The notes: generated by a model not told the origin, from the letters alone. Positions 29,181 to 38,831 are shown, counted from the stretch's first letter. The stretch is DNA of 64,000 nt from an uncultured Spirochaetota bacterium (GCA_963845535.1 CAWJSK010000013.1:32001-96000), one strand, 5' to 3'. Numbers and translations: made by a program.

Positions 29181-29333
29181 TCGCTGCTCACCTCCCGCGT
29201 GAGGGGGCGCAGCGGAAACGCCGCAGGCGTTGGAGCGGAGCACCCGACCCGCACGCCGGGGGAGAAGCACTCCGCGCACCCTGGAGGCGCAGCGACGGCC
29301 TGCGGCCGTGTGTTCGTGCGGGGCACGCCCAGC
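29181..29333 (+). repeat. Structured repeat, copy G (Flavo-1-like, compact and complete)
   Basis: GCGTGAGGGGGCGCAGCGGAAACGCCGCAGGCGTTGGAGCGGAGCACCCGACCCGCACG..CGTGCGGGGCACGCCCAGC. Confidence 0.8.
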
Positions 29334-29396
29334 AAGTTCGCTTTTTTACAATACTCGCTGCTGGAGAGGCTGTATCTTCTCCCGAGGAGGATGGAA

Positions 29397-30128
29397 ATGG
29401 TTGAGCACCGGGTGTTGTCGCATGACAAGTGGGTGGAGGCGCGGAAGAAGCACCTCGCCAAGGAGAAGGAGCTCACGCGGCTGCGCGACCAGCTGAGCCG
29501 CGAGCGCCGCGAGCTGCCCTGGGAGTTGGTAGAGAAGAGCTACACGTTCGAGGCCGGGCGCGGCGCGCAGACTCTGGCTGACCTGTTCGACGGCCGGAGC
29601 CAGCTGGTCATCTACCACGCCATGTTCAACCCCGAAACCGCGGGACCGAAGACGACGTGGACGGTGGACGCCCCCTGCTTCTCCTGCTCCTTCTGGATGG
29701 ACAACTTCAACGGCATCACCGTCCACCTCAACCACCGCGACATAACCATGGCCGCCGTCTCTCGCGCGCCCTATCAGGCCATCGCTGCCTACAAGAAGCG
29801 CATGGGCTGGGGCTTCCCGTGGTATTCGTCGGCAGGCTGTGATTTCAACTTCGACTACCGCGTCTCCTTCACGGATGCCGAGCGCGCCGCCGGGAAGGTG
29901 GACTACAACTACGGCCTCAACACATGGAGCACGATGTCGGAGGCGCCGGGCATCAGCGTCTTCCTCAAGGAGGCCGACGGCCGCATCTTCCACACGTACT
30001 CCACCTACGCGCGCGGGCTCGACATGCTGAACGTGGCCTACCACTACATGGACCTGGTGCCGAAGGGTCGCGACGAAGGGGACTCGGGCCAACGCTGGGT
30101 GCGCCGCCGCGACGAATACACGGACTGA
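29397..30128 (+). CDS. DUF899 thioredoxin-like protein
   Basis: LAKEKELTR, LADLFDGRSQL, CFSCSFW, YSTYARG, PKGRDE. Confidence 0.9.
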   Translation: MVEHRVLSHDKWVEARKKHLAKEKELTRLRDQLSRERRELPWELVEKSYTFEAGRGAQTLADLFDGRSQLVIYHAMFNPETAGPKTTWTVDAPCFSCSFWMDNFNGITVHLNHRDITMAAVSRAPYQAIAAYKKRMGWGFPWYSSAGCDFNFDYRVSFTDAERAAGKVDYNYGLNTWSTMSEAPGISVFLKEADGRIFHTYSTYARGLDMLNVAYHYMDLVPKGRDEGDSGQRWVRRRDEYTD

Positions 30129-30135
30129 GGTGGCG

Positions 30136-30939
30136 ATGGACACACGTCAACTCCTGCTGATGCTGCGCCTGGTCAGGCCGGCCCGGCGGCGCGGCTTCTG
30201 TCCCGCCTGCGGGATCGATGTTGCCGGTGCGGCGGGGACCGCGCGCGGCATGGAGATGGCGGCCGGCGGCGTGACGGTGGCAGTCGTGATCGCGGTGGCG
30301 GCGGCGGCCTGGGCGGTCACGGCGTGGCAGATGCTGAGCTCGGGCATGACGATGGGCCTCGGCCCCGTGTGGTCTTTCGCGACCACCTGGACGGAGATGA
30401 TGGCCGCAATGATGCTGCCTTCGGCCATCCCGCTTGTATACCGCTTCGCGCGGGAGGCGGAGGGCCGGCGCGGGCGGCCTGTTGCCCTTGCCGTGCTAAC
30501 GCTCGTCTACCTGGCGGTCTGGCTCGCCTTCGGAGTCATCTGCTACCTCGCATACAACGCGCTCGGTATTTCCGGGCGTGGCCGGGCCGTGGCCGGCGGC
30601 GTCACGCTTGGGCTGGCCGCTCTTTACGCGCTGACGCCGCTCAAGCGCATGAGCCAGGACCGCTGCCGCGAGGTTTGCGCGTTGCACGGTCCGCTGCCTT
30701 TCAACCTGGTTCGCGCCGGCGCCCTGGCCGGCTGGCGCTACGGGTTGAGCTGTCTGGGCTGCAGCGCTGGCCTGATGGTCGCCATGGTCCTGGTCGGGAT
30801 GTCCAGCCTGACTTGGACGGTGGTGCTGGCGGCCCTGGTCCTTGTCTACAAGTTTGCCCCGCGGATGAGCTGGCGGTTGGACGTGGTGCTGGCGGCCGTG
30901 GTGGCCGGGCTCGGGATTGCCTACGCGGTGATAGCCTGA
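30136..30939 (+). CDS. DUF2182 predicted metal-binding membrane protein
   Basis: MMAAMMLPS, LTPLK..C, GLSCLGCS; usual neighbour of DUF899. Confidence 0.85.
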   Translation: MDTRQLLLMLRLVRPARRRGFCPACGIDVAGAAGTARGMEMAAGGVTVAVVIAVAAAAWAVTAWQMLSSGMTMGLGPVWSFATTWTEMMAAMMLPSAIPLVYRFAREAEGRRGRPVALAVLTLVYLAVWLAFGVICYLAYNALGISGRGRAVAGGVTLGLAALYALTPLKRMSQDRCREVCALHGPLPFNLVRAGALAGWRYGLSCLGCSAGLMVAMVLVGMSSLTWTVVLAALVLVYKFAPRMSWRLDVVLAAVVAGLGIAYAVIA

Positions 30940-31018
30940 CCTTTGATGGCCGAGCTGGCGGTGCCTACGAGGCGCAGCGCTTTCATAGCGTCAGGCAGGT
31001 TGCGATATCACACCTCAC

Positions 31019-31076
31019 CCTATCGAAAACGCAAAATTCCCAAGGGCAAACTTGGGAATTTTGCGTTTTCGATAGG
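31019..31076. repeat. Perfect 26-bp inverted repeat with a 6-nt loop
   Basis: CCTATCGAAAACGCAAAATTCCCAAG-GGCAAA-CTTGGGAATTTTGCGTTTTCGATAGG. Confidence 0.9.
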
Positions 31077-31119
31077 CCCGGCAGGTTAATTCCGGGTTTT
31101 GAAGCGATGACTGCGCTCT

Positions 31120-31722
31120 TCATGTCCTCGTCAATTCCTTCGATATGCCAGCTATCAGAAGTGCCTTCAGCTTGTTGAAGCGGTCCACACCAATCATCTG
31201 TCTATTCATTATGAGAGCCAAAATCATCCTGGGCAGCCCGGCAATGATCTTCTTATCGACGTTCCGGATTATTTTCCCTTCCAGAAGCTTCTTATGAAAT
31301 GATTCAAAGAAATGCTCGTCAGACTCATACTCCTTTTCGATGGCTTCTTCGGGAAGACTTCGAAGGAGATCCGTCATCACATCTGCTTTAGCCATCTCCT
31401 TCATGAATGGAAACTCTTCAAATACATCGAAAAGGCCAGCGACAAACCTTGCCATGATTTCCGTTGGATTCTTCCCGGGCGGCTCAAGTATCTTCAGAAG
31501 TCGCGTCCGAGCTACGTCTTGCACGGAACGGATTGCGTCGAGGACAAGCATTTCCTTTGAGTCATAGAACAGGTAAAACGCCCCCTTTGAAATCCGTGCC
31601 GCCTTGACAACGTGATCTATGCTGGTCTTCTTGAGCCCCTTTTCGGAAATTGATTCGCTCATGGCTCGAATCAAAGACGCTCGTATTCTCTCTTTTTCAG
31701 TTTCTGTAAATGCTCTTGCCAC
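31120..31722 (-). CDS. TetR/AcrR regulator
   Basis: KGLKKTSIDHVVKAARISKGAFYLFYDSKE. Confidence 0.9.
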   Translation of the reverse strand: MARAFTETEKERIRASLIRAMSESISEKGLKKTSIDHVVKAARISKGAFYLFYDSKEMLVLDAIRSVQDVARTRLLKILEPPGKNPTEIMARFVAGLFDVFEEFPFMKEMAKADVMTDLLRSLPEEAIEKEYESDEHFFESFHKKLLEGKIIRNVDKKIIAGLPRMILALIMNRQMIGVDRFNKLKALLIAGISKELTRT

Positions 31723-31740
31723 GGCTAACCTCGCAGGGAT

Positions 31741-32214
31741 TCATTTCTCGCAAAAGGCCTTTATGCCTTTCATCACTTCCCGGGATCTTTCTTTCGTCTT
31801 CTTGCGCAGGATCAGGGGGTTGAGAACCTTATAGAAAAACCCAACGGGATTGTAGAAGCCTTCGAACCTGAGGATGGTTTCGTGATTGCCTTGAGGGATC
31901 AGGGTTGATTCAACGACGTAGTCCGCGAAAATCTTATGCAGTCCCCACGTGTCTTCCCCCATGGCTGTGGACATCTTAACACCAGGGACGTAGTCTACCA
32001 CCTGCTCAACACAGCTTCCTCTTCCCTTTCCTTCGAGGACGTTGCACTGATATTTAACCCCGACTCCCCGCGTTCTTTGACCATCTATCAGATCTACCCT
32101 GCCGACATCAGGATGATACTGGGGGATCAAGGATATGTCATCAGCGATTTCCCAGACTTTGCTGGAATCAGCCTTGATCAAGAGATCTAATCTCCACTGA
32201 AACTTGCCCTTCAT
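31741..32214 (-). CDS. SRPBCC/START-fold protein
   Basis: IKADSSKVWEIADD..PQYHP..GVG; GAGGAGG RBS. Confidence 0.8.
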   Translation of the reverse strand: MKGKFQWRLDLLIKADSSKVWEIADDISLIPQYHPDVGRVDLIDGQRTRGVGVKYQCNVLEGKGRGSCVEQVVDYVPGVKMSTAMGEDTWGLHKIFADYVVESTLIPQGNHETILRFEGFYNPVGFFYKVLNPLILRKKTKERSREVMKGIKAFCEK

Positions 32215-32230
32215 GGGTGTGCCTCCTCGT

Positions 32231-32273
32231 GTGACCTTATGACCATAGTATAGATAAATAGTCATATAGTCAA
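32231..32273. promoter_or_regulatory. Candidate TetR operator
   Basis: TGACCTTATGACCAT...ATAGTCATATAGTCA imperfect palindrome upstream of the SRPBCC-tetR operon. Confidence 0.55.
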
Positions 32274-32316
32274 GGGACACACGGTTGCATCAGGCCCTCA
32301 TATCAACTGGATTCCC

Positions 32317-32820
32317 CTATCCCCATTCATCAGGCAGAGCCTCGAGCGGCAGCGCCTGCACCAGCTCGGTGATCGGGTAAGGATTTGCGGCCCGGCAGAT
32401 CAGTGCCGCCCGCTTGACTTTGCCAATTTCATGGGCCACCTGCTGGAGCACCGCGGAGTCTTTCGCATCCGGCAACTCGGTCCACTTGGCGTCCGCGAGG
32501 TCGAAAACACCTCCCCAATGGAACAGCAAGTCCACCTCTTAACCCTCCCCGGGCAAGAAACTCCATGACGTCAGCGTTGGAGAATGCGGCCCGAGCTTCT
32601 GCGAGCCCGTCAGGATGTACTGCCCGTTGGCCCCGCGGCGCTTGTCGGTGACTGCCTTGAGGTGGCGGAACAGGCCTGGGGCGTATTGCACTTCATCCAC
32701 AATGAGGGGTGACTGATGGCGGGCCAGAAACGATGCAGGATCACGTTCCGCCTGCTCTGCCTCGCTCGGCAGGTCAAGTGACACGTATTCGTAGGAGCTG
32801 AACGTTCGTCGCACAAGGCT
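32317..32820 (-). pseudogene. Second AAA_14/DUF4143 ATPase, internally deleted
   Basis: N-terminal part PLIVDEVQYAP..YILTGSQK sits almost next to the C-terminal VDLLFH..AKWTE. Confidence 0.75.
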
Positions 32821-32906
32821 CGTCCTGCTGCCCTGGCGCCCGTCAGTGAGAACAGCCTCGTAAGAGAAGTCTTGACTGGTCCTTTCGATATGACCACATT
32901 GGTCAT

Positions 32907-33203
32907 ATGAAGAGAGCCAGCGTCAGCGAAGCGAAAAGCCACTTCAGCAGTTATTTGAACGATGTAGAAAGGGGAGAAACGGTGTTGATCTATGATCGCA
33001 ACAGGTTGGTAGCCAGACTGGAGCCGGCTCGCCATGGGGATATACCTGATGCGGAGCGGGTCAAGGCGCTTGTCAAATCGGGAGTTGGCTCTGCGCCTCG
33101 CCATCCCCTGGGCACGGCTGCTTTTCTCAAGCGGCCCAAGCCACGGCTTCCGCAGGGGGTCTCGGGATCGGAGACGCTGGTCAATGACAGAGACTCAAGA
33201 TGA
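32907..33203 (+). CDS. Phd/YefM antitoxin
   Basis: MKRASVSEAKSHFSSYLNDVERGETVLI; operator ATATGACCACATTGGTCATAT overlaps the start. Confidence 0.9.
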   Translation: MKRASVSEAKSHFSSYLNDVERGETVLIYDRNRLVARLEPARHGDIPDAERVKALVKSGVGSAPRHPLGTAAFLKRPKPRLPQGVSGSETLVNDRDSR

Positions 33204-33619
33204 AGTACTGGGACTCCTCCGCTTTGATCTCCTTGTTGGTCGATGAGCCTGAGTCGGAAAGCAGAACATCTCTCCTCCGGGAAGACTCCCAGGTGATCAC
33301 GTGGTGGGGAAGCAGAGTGGAATGCGCTTCAGCGCTCAACAGGCTTCAGAGAGAACGGTCTCTGGATGAAGGAGGGCTCACACAGGCCTTGAGCAATCTG
33401 GAGGCATTCTACGAAACCTGCGTGGAGGTCCTGCCGTCGGAGGAAGTGCGGAAGCGGGCCATCCGCTTGCTCCGTGTGCACCCTCTCCGCGCCGCGGACG
33501 CCCTGCAACTGGCCGCTGCCCTCCTTGCCGCCCGTGAAGATCCTTCATCGCTTGCACTTGTCACCAGTGACGACAAGCTGAGGTCGGCCGGGAACAGGGA
33601 AGGGTTCGTGGTGCTCTGA
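33200..33619 (+). CDS. vapC: VapC PIN toxin
   Basis: YWDSSAL, VEC, LRAADALQLAAA, VTSDDKL. Confidence 0.92.
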   Translation: MKYWDSSALISLLVDEPESESRTSLLREDSQVITWWGSRVECASALNRLQRERSLDEGGLTQALSNLEAFYETCVEVLPSEEVRKRAIRLLRVHPLRAADALQLAAALLAAREDPSSLALVTSDDKLRSAGNREGFVVL

Positions 33620-33639
33620 GGGTCTTCCCGAGCGGGCCC

Positions 33640-33780
33640 GGACAGCCTCACGGTCCTTCGAGCGCTGAGAGGCAAGCTGGGGTGAGGTTCGTCATTGACG
33701 CATCCAGCCGGTCCTGGCCAAAGGGCTCACGGGCTATAACGCCTGTTATGCGGGGCTGGCTGCGGAGCTCTCCGCGCGCG
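33640..33780 (+). pseudogene. Remnant TA: antitoxin tail plus an internally deleted VapC
   Basis: ..LRALRGKLG* overlaps GTG 33682 MRFVIDAS, followed at once by LAKGLTGYNACYAGLAAEL (PIN C-terminal motif). Confidence 0.5.
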
Positions 33781-33781
33781 A

Positions 33782-34678
33782 CTAGTCCTGCTTGAAGTAG
33801 GTCCCATTCTCAAGGTCGGCAATGAGCCGGACCTGGGTAGGACGCCACCCGAAGCGCTCTCTTGTGAAAGCGCTGGAAGCCAGCATGTCGGCCGCAACGA
33901 AGTGGGCCATCCAGCCGAAGTGCTCGACAGCCTCTTCGGGCGTCCTGGACACGACCGGCAGATTCAGCCGGCGACCAATCACTGTGGCAACATCGCGGAT
34001 CGGCACGCCTTCCTCCCCGGCCCCGTGAAGCCGGGTGCCAGCGGGGGCCTTCTCCAGCGCCAGCCGGAAAAGGCTGGCGGCATCCAATCTGTGAACGGCG
34101 GGCCAGCGGTTGGACCCATCCCCCACATATGCCGATGCTCCCTTGTTTCGGGCGATGCCGATCAGGATCGGCACCAGGCCGTGATCCCCGTCGCCGTGGA
34201 CTGAGGGCGCCAGCCGTACAACCGAGACGCGCACGCCGCGGGAAGCCCACGCGAGCGCCAACCCCTCATTCTGGGTCCGGGGATGCTGGCCATTCGGGTC
34301 TGCCGGATCCTCCTCCGTGCCTGGACGGCCAGGCGTGGAGAACGTCATCCCGCAGGCAACCACGAGCGGCCGGCCTGTTCCTGACAGAGCTGTGCCTATT
34401 GCCTCTATGGCATTGCGATCAGTGGCAGCGGCGGCAGGGATCTGAGAGAAGTCGTGGTTGTACGCAAGGTGGATGACTCCGTCGGCCCCTGCCGCTCCCT
34501 TTGCAAGGCTGTCCGGATTATCCAGGGAGCCGCGATGCACCTCCGCGCCTGCCCTGATGAGCCATGACGCCGCCCCATCAGAGCGCGCCAGGCCAAGGAC
34601 CTGATGACCAGCCTTGGTGAGCTCCGCAACTACAGCCGAGCCGATGAAACCCGTTGCTCCGGTAACAAAGACACGCAT
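33782..34678 (-). CDS. NAD-dependent epimerase/dehydratase (SDR)
   Basis: VFVTGATGFIGS, GVIHLA, RWPAVHRLDAA. Confidence 0.92.
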   Translation of the reverse strand: MRVFVTGATGFIGSAVVAELTKAGHQVLGLARSDGAASWLIRAGAEVHRGSLDNPDSLAKGAAGADGVIHLAYNHDFSQIPAAAATDRNAIEAIGTALSGTGRPLVVACGMTFSTPGRPGTEEDPADPNGQHPRTQNEGLALAWASRGVRVSVVRLAPSVHGDGDHGLVPILIGIARNKGASAYVGDGSNRWPAVHRLDAASLFRLALEKAPAGTRLHGAGEEGVPIRDVATVIGRRLNLPVVSRTPEEAVEHFGWMAHFVAADMLASSAFTRERFGWRPTQVRLIADLENGTYFKQD

Positions 34679-34803
34679 GAAACCTCCCTAAGCCATAAGC
34701 TTCGATATCAAAGTATTTTTATGGCGTCGCCGGGAGAATCCATAGGAGTCCAGAGTTCTTGCCTGAAAGTCCACAAGAGGCGATCTTCTATCCGGGAGGT
34801 TTT

Positions 34804-35700
34804 GTGGAGGACTTGCGTTCAGATCTGGCCCGACTGGTCAGCCGTTATTGCCCACATGATGGCATGATGGAAGCCCCCCTGGCCGGCACGTTCTGCATGA
34901 GATTCTCCCGCCCAGCTCGGCGCGTGAGAGCCTATTGGGGCTCATCGCTGTGCATCGTTGCCCAGGGTTGCAAGGAAATCATCCTGGGCCGCGGCGTTTA
35001 TCGTTCCGAGGACGCTCACTACATCGCAACGCCGATTGACCTGCCGGTGATCAGCCGGGTGACATCGGCCTCACCCGAAAGACCGTTTCTCTGTCTGAAG
35101 ATTGCTCTGGACCCGCTGGTTCTGGGCGAAGTGGAAGCTCAGATAGAGAAGGACCTTCCCTCGGAGACGGAGGGATCCCTGCGCGGCATATTTGTCGGGG
35201 GCGCCAGTGAGAGAATGCTCGACGCTGCCATTCGCCTGGGGAAGCTCTTTCAGACTCCGGATGATGCCCGCGTGCTTGGACCCCTGATTGTCAAGGAAAT
35301 ACTCTATCATCTTCTGAGAGGAGCGGATGGACCGGCCATCCGGCAATTCATACGATCCGGAAGCACGATGCACAGGGTGTCTCAGGCAATCTACTCCTTG
35401 AGCGCGGGGCTCAGTGATTCCGTTGACGTCGGTGCACTGGCAAAGGCCGTGAATATGAGCCGTTCCGCGTTCTTCAAGCACTTCAAGGACGCCACCTCGA
35501 TGAGCCCCATCCAGTATCAGAAGCGTCTGCGCCTGCTGGAAGCCAGGCGCCTTATGGTCGATGAAGGCGAAACCGCAGAGGGCTCCGCCTACAGGGTAGG
35601 GTACAACAGTCCGTCTCAGTTCAGTCGGGAATACTCGCGCATGTTCGGTAACTCTCCATCGCGTGACGCACGGCATGCCAAGAAGGCCGTCGCATCATGA
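34804..35700 (+). CDS. AraC-family regulator (AraC_N type)
   Basis: LCIVAQGCK, MSPIQYQKRLRL, VGYNSPSQFSREY. Confidence 0.92.
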   Translation: MEDLRSDLARLVSRYCPHDGMMEAPLAGTFCMRFSRPARRVRAYWGSSLCIVAQGCKEIILGRGVYRSEDAHYIATPIDLPVISRVTSASPERPFLCLKIALDPLVLGEVEAQIEKDLPSETEGSLRGIFVGGASERMLDAAIRLGKLFQTPDDARVLGPLIVKEILYHLLRGADGPAIRQFIRSGSTMHRVSQAIYSLSAGLSDSVDVGALAKAVNMSRSAFFKHFKDATSMSPIQYQKRLRLLEARRLMVDEGETAEGSAYRVGYNSPSQFSREYSRMFGNSPSRDARHAKKAVAS

Positions 35701-35902
35701 CACATTCCTGAAAAGGCCAGCGACCTCGGAAGAATCCATATGATCGCGGGCCGTGTTGCTTGTTTCAGCGCCACGAGACATACTTTGCCTAAATATCGGG
35801 AAGCTAGCCATGAAGATCAGCCCGCACGTGGGCCAGCAGGGATGAAGGCAACAGGCCCCTCAAATGAAAAGAAGAAAGGATCGCTGAACCAGGTCGGCAA
35901 AC

Positions 35903-36955
35903 ATGAAAGAAGCCACCTCTCTTACGCAGGCGCAGCTCCCTGAGTTTCTCCTCAACGTCGCCGTGGTGCGGCCCGTATTCATCTGGGGCGCGCCGGGGAT
36001 CGGGAAGTCCGCGCTGGTGCAGCAGTTCGCGGATCGCCTTGGGCTGGATTGCGTCTCTCTCCTGGGCAGCCAGCTTGCGCCCGAGGACCTCATCGGAGTC
36101 CCGCAGATCATCGACGGCAAGAGCCGGTTCTGCCCGCCCCTCATGATTGCGCGGGAGAAGCCCTACTGCCTTTTCCTGGATGAGCTGAACGCGTGCACGC
36201 ACGAGGTGCAGAAGTCCTTCTACAGTCTGATCCATGACAGGCGGATCGGGGACTACAAGCTCCCTGATGGGTCAATCGTTGTTGGGGCGGGAAACCGCGC
36301 GCAGGATAGCGCCATCGTCCGTCCCATGTCCTCAGCGCTCCTGAACCGCATGGTGCACGTGCACCTGCGCGTCTCCCACCGGGACTGGCTGGCGTGGGCT
36401 GACATGAACGGCATCCACCAGTGGGTCACGGAATATGTCAGAAACAGGCCGGACCACCTGTGGAGCCCGCCGCCCAAAACGGAGGAGCCTTTCTCATCTC
36501 CACGGTCCTGGCACATGCTCAGTGACGCCATGAAAGAGTTTGGAAATGAGATCTCGGACGAGCAGCTTGAAGTGCTTGCGTTCGGCTGTCTCTCCGCTCC
36601 GCACGCCGGGCAGTTCAAGGCCTTCGTCAAGCAGCTCAGGAACCGCTACGCGCTGTCCGCCATTCTCAAAGGTGAGATGCGCTGGCCTGACAAGCCTGAG
36701 AACCGTGACGTCCTGTACTTCCTGGCGCAATCCTTCCGAGCCTACCTTTCACGGGAGCTTCCCGCCCGGCGGGAGACGTTGTCCACGCAGGCGGCGGAAA
36801 CCGCCCACACGGCCAAGGCGCTGCTTCGGCAGTTGGCGCAGATAAGCTTGGAGATCGCCCAGATGGTCCTTGCTTCCGACTCTCCGGAAGGCGCGCTCCC
36901 TGACTGGTTCATGGTGGAGATTGCGCGGGACCTTCCCCGCATCGTCCTCAAGTAG
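35903..36955 (+). CDS. MoxR/dynein-related AAA+ ATPase
   Basis: WGAPGIGKS, LFLDELN, GAGNR, SALLNR, SPRSW. Confidence 0.92.
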   Translation: MKEATSLTQAQLPEFLLNVAVVRPVFIWGAPGIGKSALVQQFADRLGLDCVSLLGSQLAPEDLIGVPQIIDGKSRFCPPLMIAREKPYCLFLDELNACTHEVQKSFYSLIHDRRIGDYKLPDGSIVVGAGNRAQDSAIVRPMSSALLNRMVHVHLRVSHRDWLAWADMNGIHQWVTEYVRNRPDHLWSPPPKTEEPFSSPRSWHMLSDAMKEFGNEISDEQLEVLAFGCLSAPHAGQFKAFVKQLRNRYALSAILKGEMRWPDKPENRDVLYFLAQSFRAYLSRELPARRETLSTQAAETAHTAKALLRQLAQISLEIAQMVLASDSPEGALPDWFMVEIARDLPRIVLK

Positions 36956-36963
36956 GCAGACCA

Positions 36964-38784
36964 ATGGCTCGGCGGTCCGCCAAGAGCAGGAAGTCCGCTC
37001 CTGAGTCTGATCCAGCCAGGGCGGCATTCGATGAAGCTCTGAAGCAGCTTCATGACCGTGCGCTTTTCAACCCCATGCTGATGAAAGCGCACATTTCCCG
37101 CCAGGAAGGCAACCTGTGCCCCGAGGGCGGATGGGCTGTTGTCACAAACAACGGCGCCATTCACGTGCACCATTCCCGCAGAGCGGAGCCTGAGGAATGG
37201 CTTTTCGTGATCGCCCATTGTCTTCTGCACCTGGCGTTGGATCACTTCAAGGTGAAGGAAGACCCTTTCAGGTGGAACGCGGCGTGTGACGCCAGCATCT
37301 ATTCGCTCTTGTCATCCCTGAAGATCGGCAGGCCGCCCAGCGGCGCAGGCATGGACCTCGAAGCAGGGACAGGATCGGAAGACAAGCTGTACAGTCGATT
37401 CAAGTCTGAAGGTATCCCCGAAGAATGCCTGCTCCTTGGCACGGCCGGCAAGTCAACGCTCGACATGATCTTTGAGAAGCCCAGCCGCTGGGACCACGTG
37501 AAACCTGAGGAATGGCAGCGTCTCTTCAGTGAAGGGGTTGCGAGCGCCGCGGCACGCGCGGTCAGGAAAGCCTCTGGCGATGACAGCCCTGATGAGGATG
37601 ACTACCGCAAGAGTCACGCTCCGCGGAAGGCTCGGCAGTGGTTCATCGATCACTACCCGCTCCTTGGCGCGCTGGCTGCGCGCATGCGGCTCATAGAGGA
37701 CAAAATCCTCAGCGCGCGTTACGACATCCGGATTGCCGCGGTGAGCGCGGAGCTTCAGGAGATCTACATCAATCCCGTGATGGCCCTTGATGAGGAGGAA
37801 TGGCGATTCGTGCTGGCCCACGAGATGCTCCACGTCGGGCTGCGCCACCAGGCGCGCTGCCAGGGTCGGGACCCCTTCCTCTGGAACGTTGCCTGTGACT
37901 ACGTTGTCAACGGCTGGCTGCAGGAGATGCGGGTTGGCCGTATGCCGGCGGTGGGCGCGCTGTATGAACCAGAGTTCAAGGGGCTGTCCGCGGAGTCCAT
38001 CTATGACAGGGTCGTGAAAGACCTTCGGAGATTTCGCAAGCTCTCAACTCTGAGAGGCGCGGGTTTGGGCGATATTCTCCCCGGCAGCCGGCCCGAGTGG
38101 TGGGAGGTGGGGGAGGGGCTTTCTCTGGACGATTTCTACCGCCGTTGCCTCATCCAGGGGTTGGAGTACCACGCAGCCGGTGGCCGCGGGCTTCTTCCCG
38201 CAGGCTTGGTGGAGGAAGTGCGAGCCCTGGCCCAGCCTCCCGTGCCTTGGGACGTGGACATGGCCCGATGGTTTGATCCCCTTTTTCCTCCCGTTCCGAA
38301 ACTCAGGTCATACGCCAGGCTTTCAAGGCGCCAGTCTGCAACACCTGACATCCCGCGCCCCAGTTGGGTGGTCCCCAATTGGGCCAACGACGCGCGCACC
38401 TTCGGCGTGGTGCTGGACACCTCGGGCTCCATGGAGCGCGGGCTGCTTGCCCGGGCCTTGGGCGCAGTGGCTGGCACCTGCTTTTCGCGCGACATTCCCG
38501 TCGTGCGCGTTGTGTTTGCCGATGCGGCCGTGTACGACCAGGGCTACATGAAGCCTGAGGACCTCATGCAGGAAGTCCGTGTGGTTGGAAGAGGCGGCAC
38601 GGTGCTTCAGCCTGCCGTGCGGCTCCTTGAAGGAGCGCAGGACTTCCCGGAGGCCGGCCCAATCCTGATCATCACGGACGGCTACTGTGATGCACTTTCC
38701 GTTCGCAGGACGCACGCCTTCCTGGTGCCGCGCGGGAGGAGGCTGCCGTTTGCGCCGCAAGGGCCTGTCTTCTACATCGAGTAG
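36964..38784 (+). CDS. DUF2201-type metallopeptidase + vWA domain protein
   Basis: Two peptidase-like repeats (AHCLLH..WNAACD; AHEMLH..WNVACD), MIDAS VLDTSGSM, GRGGT, ITDG. Confidence 0.88.
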   Translation: MARRSAKSRKSAPESDPARAAFDEALKQLHDRALFNPMLMKAHISRQEGNLCPEGGWAVVTNNGAIHVHHSRRAEPEEWLFVIAHCLLHLALDHFKVKEDPFRWNAACDASIYSLLSSLKIGRPPSGAGMDLEAGTGSEDKLYSRFKSEGIPEECLLLGTAGKSTLDMIFEKPSRWDHVKPEEWQRLFSEGVASAAARAVRKASGDDSPDEDDYRKSHAPRKARQWFIDHYPLLGALAARMRLIEDKILSARYDIRIAAVSAELQEIYINPVMALDEEEWRFVLAHEMLHVGLRHQARCQGRDPFLWNVACDYVVNGWLQEMRVGRMPAVGALYEPEFKGLSAESIYDRVVKDLRRFRKLSTLRGAGLGDILPGSRPEWWEVGEGLSLDDFYRRCLIQGLEYHAAGGRGLLPAGLVEEVRALAQPPVPWDVDMARWFDPLFPPVPKLRSYARLSRRQSATPDIPRPSWVVPNWANDARTFGVVLDTSGSMERGLLARALGAVAGTCFSRDIPVVRVVFADAAVYDQGYMKPEDLMQEVRVVGRGGTVLQPAVRLLEGAQDFPEAGPILIITDGYCDALSVRRTHAFLVPRGRRLPFAPQGPVFYIE

Positions 38785-38831
38785 CCGAGCTGCAAGGTCG
38801 CTCATCGCCGTGGGAGAGAAGGCGCGCTTTA

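Noticed and set aside
2467..29333. CRISPR array
   Set aside because: The repeats are long, divergent and kilobases apart; there are no regular spacers or cas genes.
2441..33780. Canonical integron (IntI with attC array)
   Set aside because: No paired RYYYAAC...GTTRRRY boxes were found. Only copy B ends in GCCCAAC, with no matching partner, and the recombinase shows no obvious IntI-specific insertion.
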